A DNA stretch of 63,797 nt, counting the filler, from Octopus bimaculoides (taxonomy: Eukaryota): assembly GCF_001194135.2 (NCBI RefSeq). It is 4 parts of 4 records of this genome, joined end to end, with 100 filler letters (N's around TTAATTAATTAA, not from the genome) between each part and the next. Parts side by side here need not be neighbours in the genome. Positions count along the whole stretch, not along the records: positions 61,555 to 63,797 come from NC_068988.1; 3 more parts are not named here. One strand, 5' to 3'. A model generated the notes under the pieces. The model ran no database searches and had not been told where the DNA came from. It saw only the letters and a program-made list of their open reading frames with translations. A program made the translations under genes and the position numbers. Position 1 is the first letter of the stretch; each line of letters starts with the position of its first letter. This document shows, piece after piece, positions 62,159 through 63,797 of the stretch.

Positions 62159-63282
62159 CAGATAGACAGCCGACAACTAATGAAGGGTCGTTCTTTATGT
62201 TACTTGTCCTGTTTTCCATTTGTTTCTCTCGTTGTTTGTGTATTGAACTCATTTGCTTTCGTATTTCATGTTGTTTACTGTTTGGCGACGTCCTGTACCC
62301 ATATATGCATGTATATATNNNNNNNNNNNNNNNNNNNNNNNNNNNNNNNNNNNNNNNNNNNNNNNNNNNNNNNNNNNNNNNNNNNNNNNNNNNNNNNNNN
62401 NNNNNNNNNNNNNNNNNNNNNNNNNNNNNNNNNNNNNNNNNNNNNNNNNNNNNNNNNNNNNNNNNNNNNNNNNNNNNNNNNNNNNNNNNNNNNNNNNNNN
62501 NNNNNNNNNNNNNNNNNNNNNNNNNNNNNNNNNNNNNNNNNNNNNNNNNNNNNNNNNNNNNNNNNNNNNNNNNNNNNNNNNNNNNNNNNNNNNNNNNNNN
62601 NNNNNNNNNNNNNNNNNNNNNNNNNNNNNNNNNNNNNNNNNNNNNNNNNNNNNNNNNNNNNNNNNNNNNNNNNNNNNNNNNNNNNNNNNNNNNNNNNNNN
62701 NNNNNNNNNNNNNNNNNNNNNNNNNNNNNNNNNNNNNNNNNNNNNNNNNNNNNNNNNNNNNNNNNNNNNNNNNNNNNNNNNNNNNNNNNNNNNNNNNNNN
62801 NNNNNNNNNNNNNNNNNNNNNNNNNNNNNNNNNNNNNNNNNNNNNNNNNNNNNNNNNNNNNNNNNNNNNNNNNNNNNNNNNNNNNNNNNNNNNNNNNNNN
62901 NNNNNNNNNNNNNNNNNNNNNNNNNNNNNNNNNNNNNNNNNNNNNNNNNNNNNNNNNNNNNNNNNNNNNNNNNNNNNNNNNNNNNNNNNNNNNNNNNNNN
63001 NNNNNNNNNNNNNNNNNNNNNNNNNNNNNNNNNNNNNNNNNNNNNNNNNNNNNNNNNNNNNNNNNNNNNNNNNNNNNNNNNNNNNNNNNNNNNNNNNNNN
63101 NNNNNNNNNNNNNNNNNNNNNNNNNNNNNNNNNNNNNNNNNNNNNNNNNNNNNCATACATACATACATACATACATATATACATACATACACACATACAT
63201 ACATAACATACATTCATACAAAAATGCATACATCCGTGAATGCATATATGTTTTTTATGTGCATAGATAGATCGGTAAGTAA

Positions 63283-63283
<1 letters not shown>

Positions 63284-63370
<87 letters not shown>

Positions 63371-63375
63371 AGAAT

Positions 63376-63466
<91 letters not shown>

Positions 63467-63470
63467 GATA
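63284..63470. repeat. (GATA)n microsatellite
   Basis: Directly visible, with one interruption. Confidence 0.95.
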
Positions 63471-63797
63471 AAGAATATACAGGATTGTGAGCAAGTAAGC
63501 TGATAGAATACAAACTGAATGAAAAGCCGATCCAATTACGGCGTTTTGTGTGGCAGTATTATATAACAACGAAAAGCAGATTGTGAAACAGTCTAGCAAC
63601 TACGTATATACACACCGAAATACATATATTAGTAAAGCAGGCTGTATAATGTTTGCTCTAGAGTTGTAGTCAGCATCACGTTGTAAAATCGCCAAAGAAC
63701 GCTGTCGCGATACGGGTTCAAGTGACCTTGTAGTAGTTTTATCATATATGAATACACATGTATGCATATATATGTATATATATATATATATATATAT

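Noticed and set aside
4490-63599. Many long ORFs in the supplied track (poly-X, YIYI, HTHT, CVCV, YLSI, ERER)
   Set aside because: They are read-throughs of N gaps and of (TA)n, (CA)n, (GA)n and (GATA)n microsatellites.

Overview
AT-rich, microsatellite-saturated, gappy eukaryotic genomic DNA. The repeat complement (tRNA-derived SINEs with a Deu/Nin-like core, RTE, Penelope, mariner) and assembly style point to a cephalopod, most likely Octopus; this is an inference. Three artificial 100-bp joins (44N-TTAATTAATTAA-44N at 28591, 48646, 61455) split the window into four separately assembled pieces. The only host gene I can support is a matrix metalloproteinase (M10A) on the minus strand, which the ORF track largely misses. 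It has four in-frame exons (57400-57275, 55688-55609, 50944-50826, 49074-48999) encoding a signal peptide, the prodomain with a PRCGVSD cysteine switch, and the start of the catalytic domain. Intron 3 most likely uses a GC donor. The zinc-binding exons are not visible beyond the join at 48646-48745. The rest is mostly decayed mobile elements: RTE, CR1/L2, R4-type and Tx1 LINE pieces, several Penelope-like elements (one with a hammerhead-ribozyme-like motif), Tc1/mariner fragments and MITEs, a 91-bp mini-Helitron and many SINEs. Notable structures are a series of fold-back elements, several inside the MMP pre-mRNA, a head-to-head pair of tRNA-like heads next to an MMP splice donor, and an inverted-repeat element carrying opposed (TTAGGG)n/(CCCTAA)n arrays. 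There is no CRISPR array, no rRNA and no convincing functional tRNA. TE and SINE boundaries are approximate.
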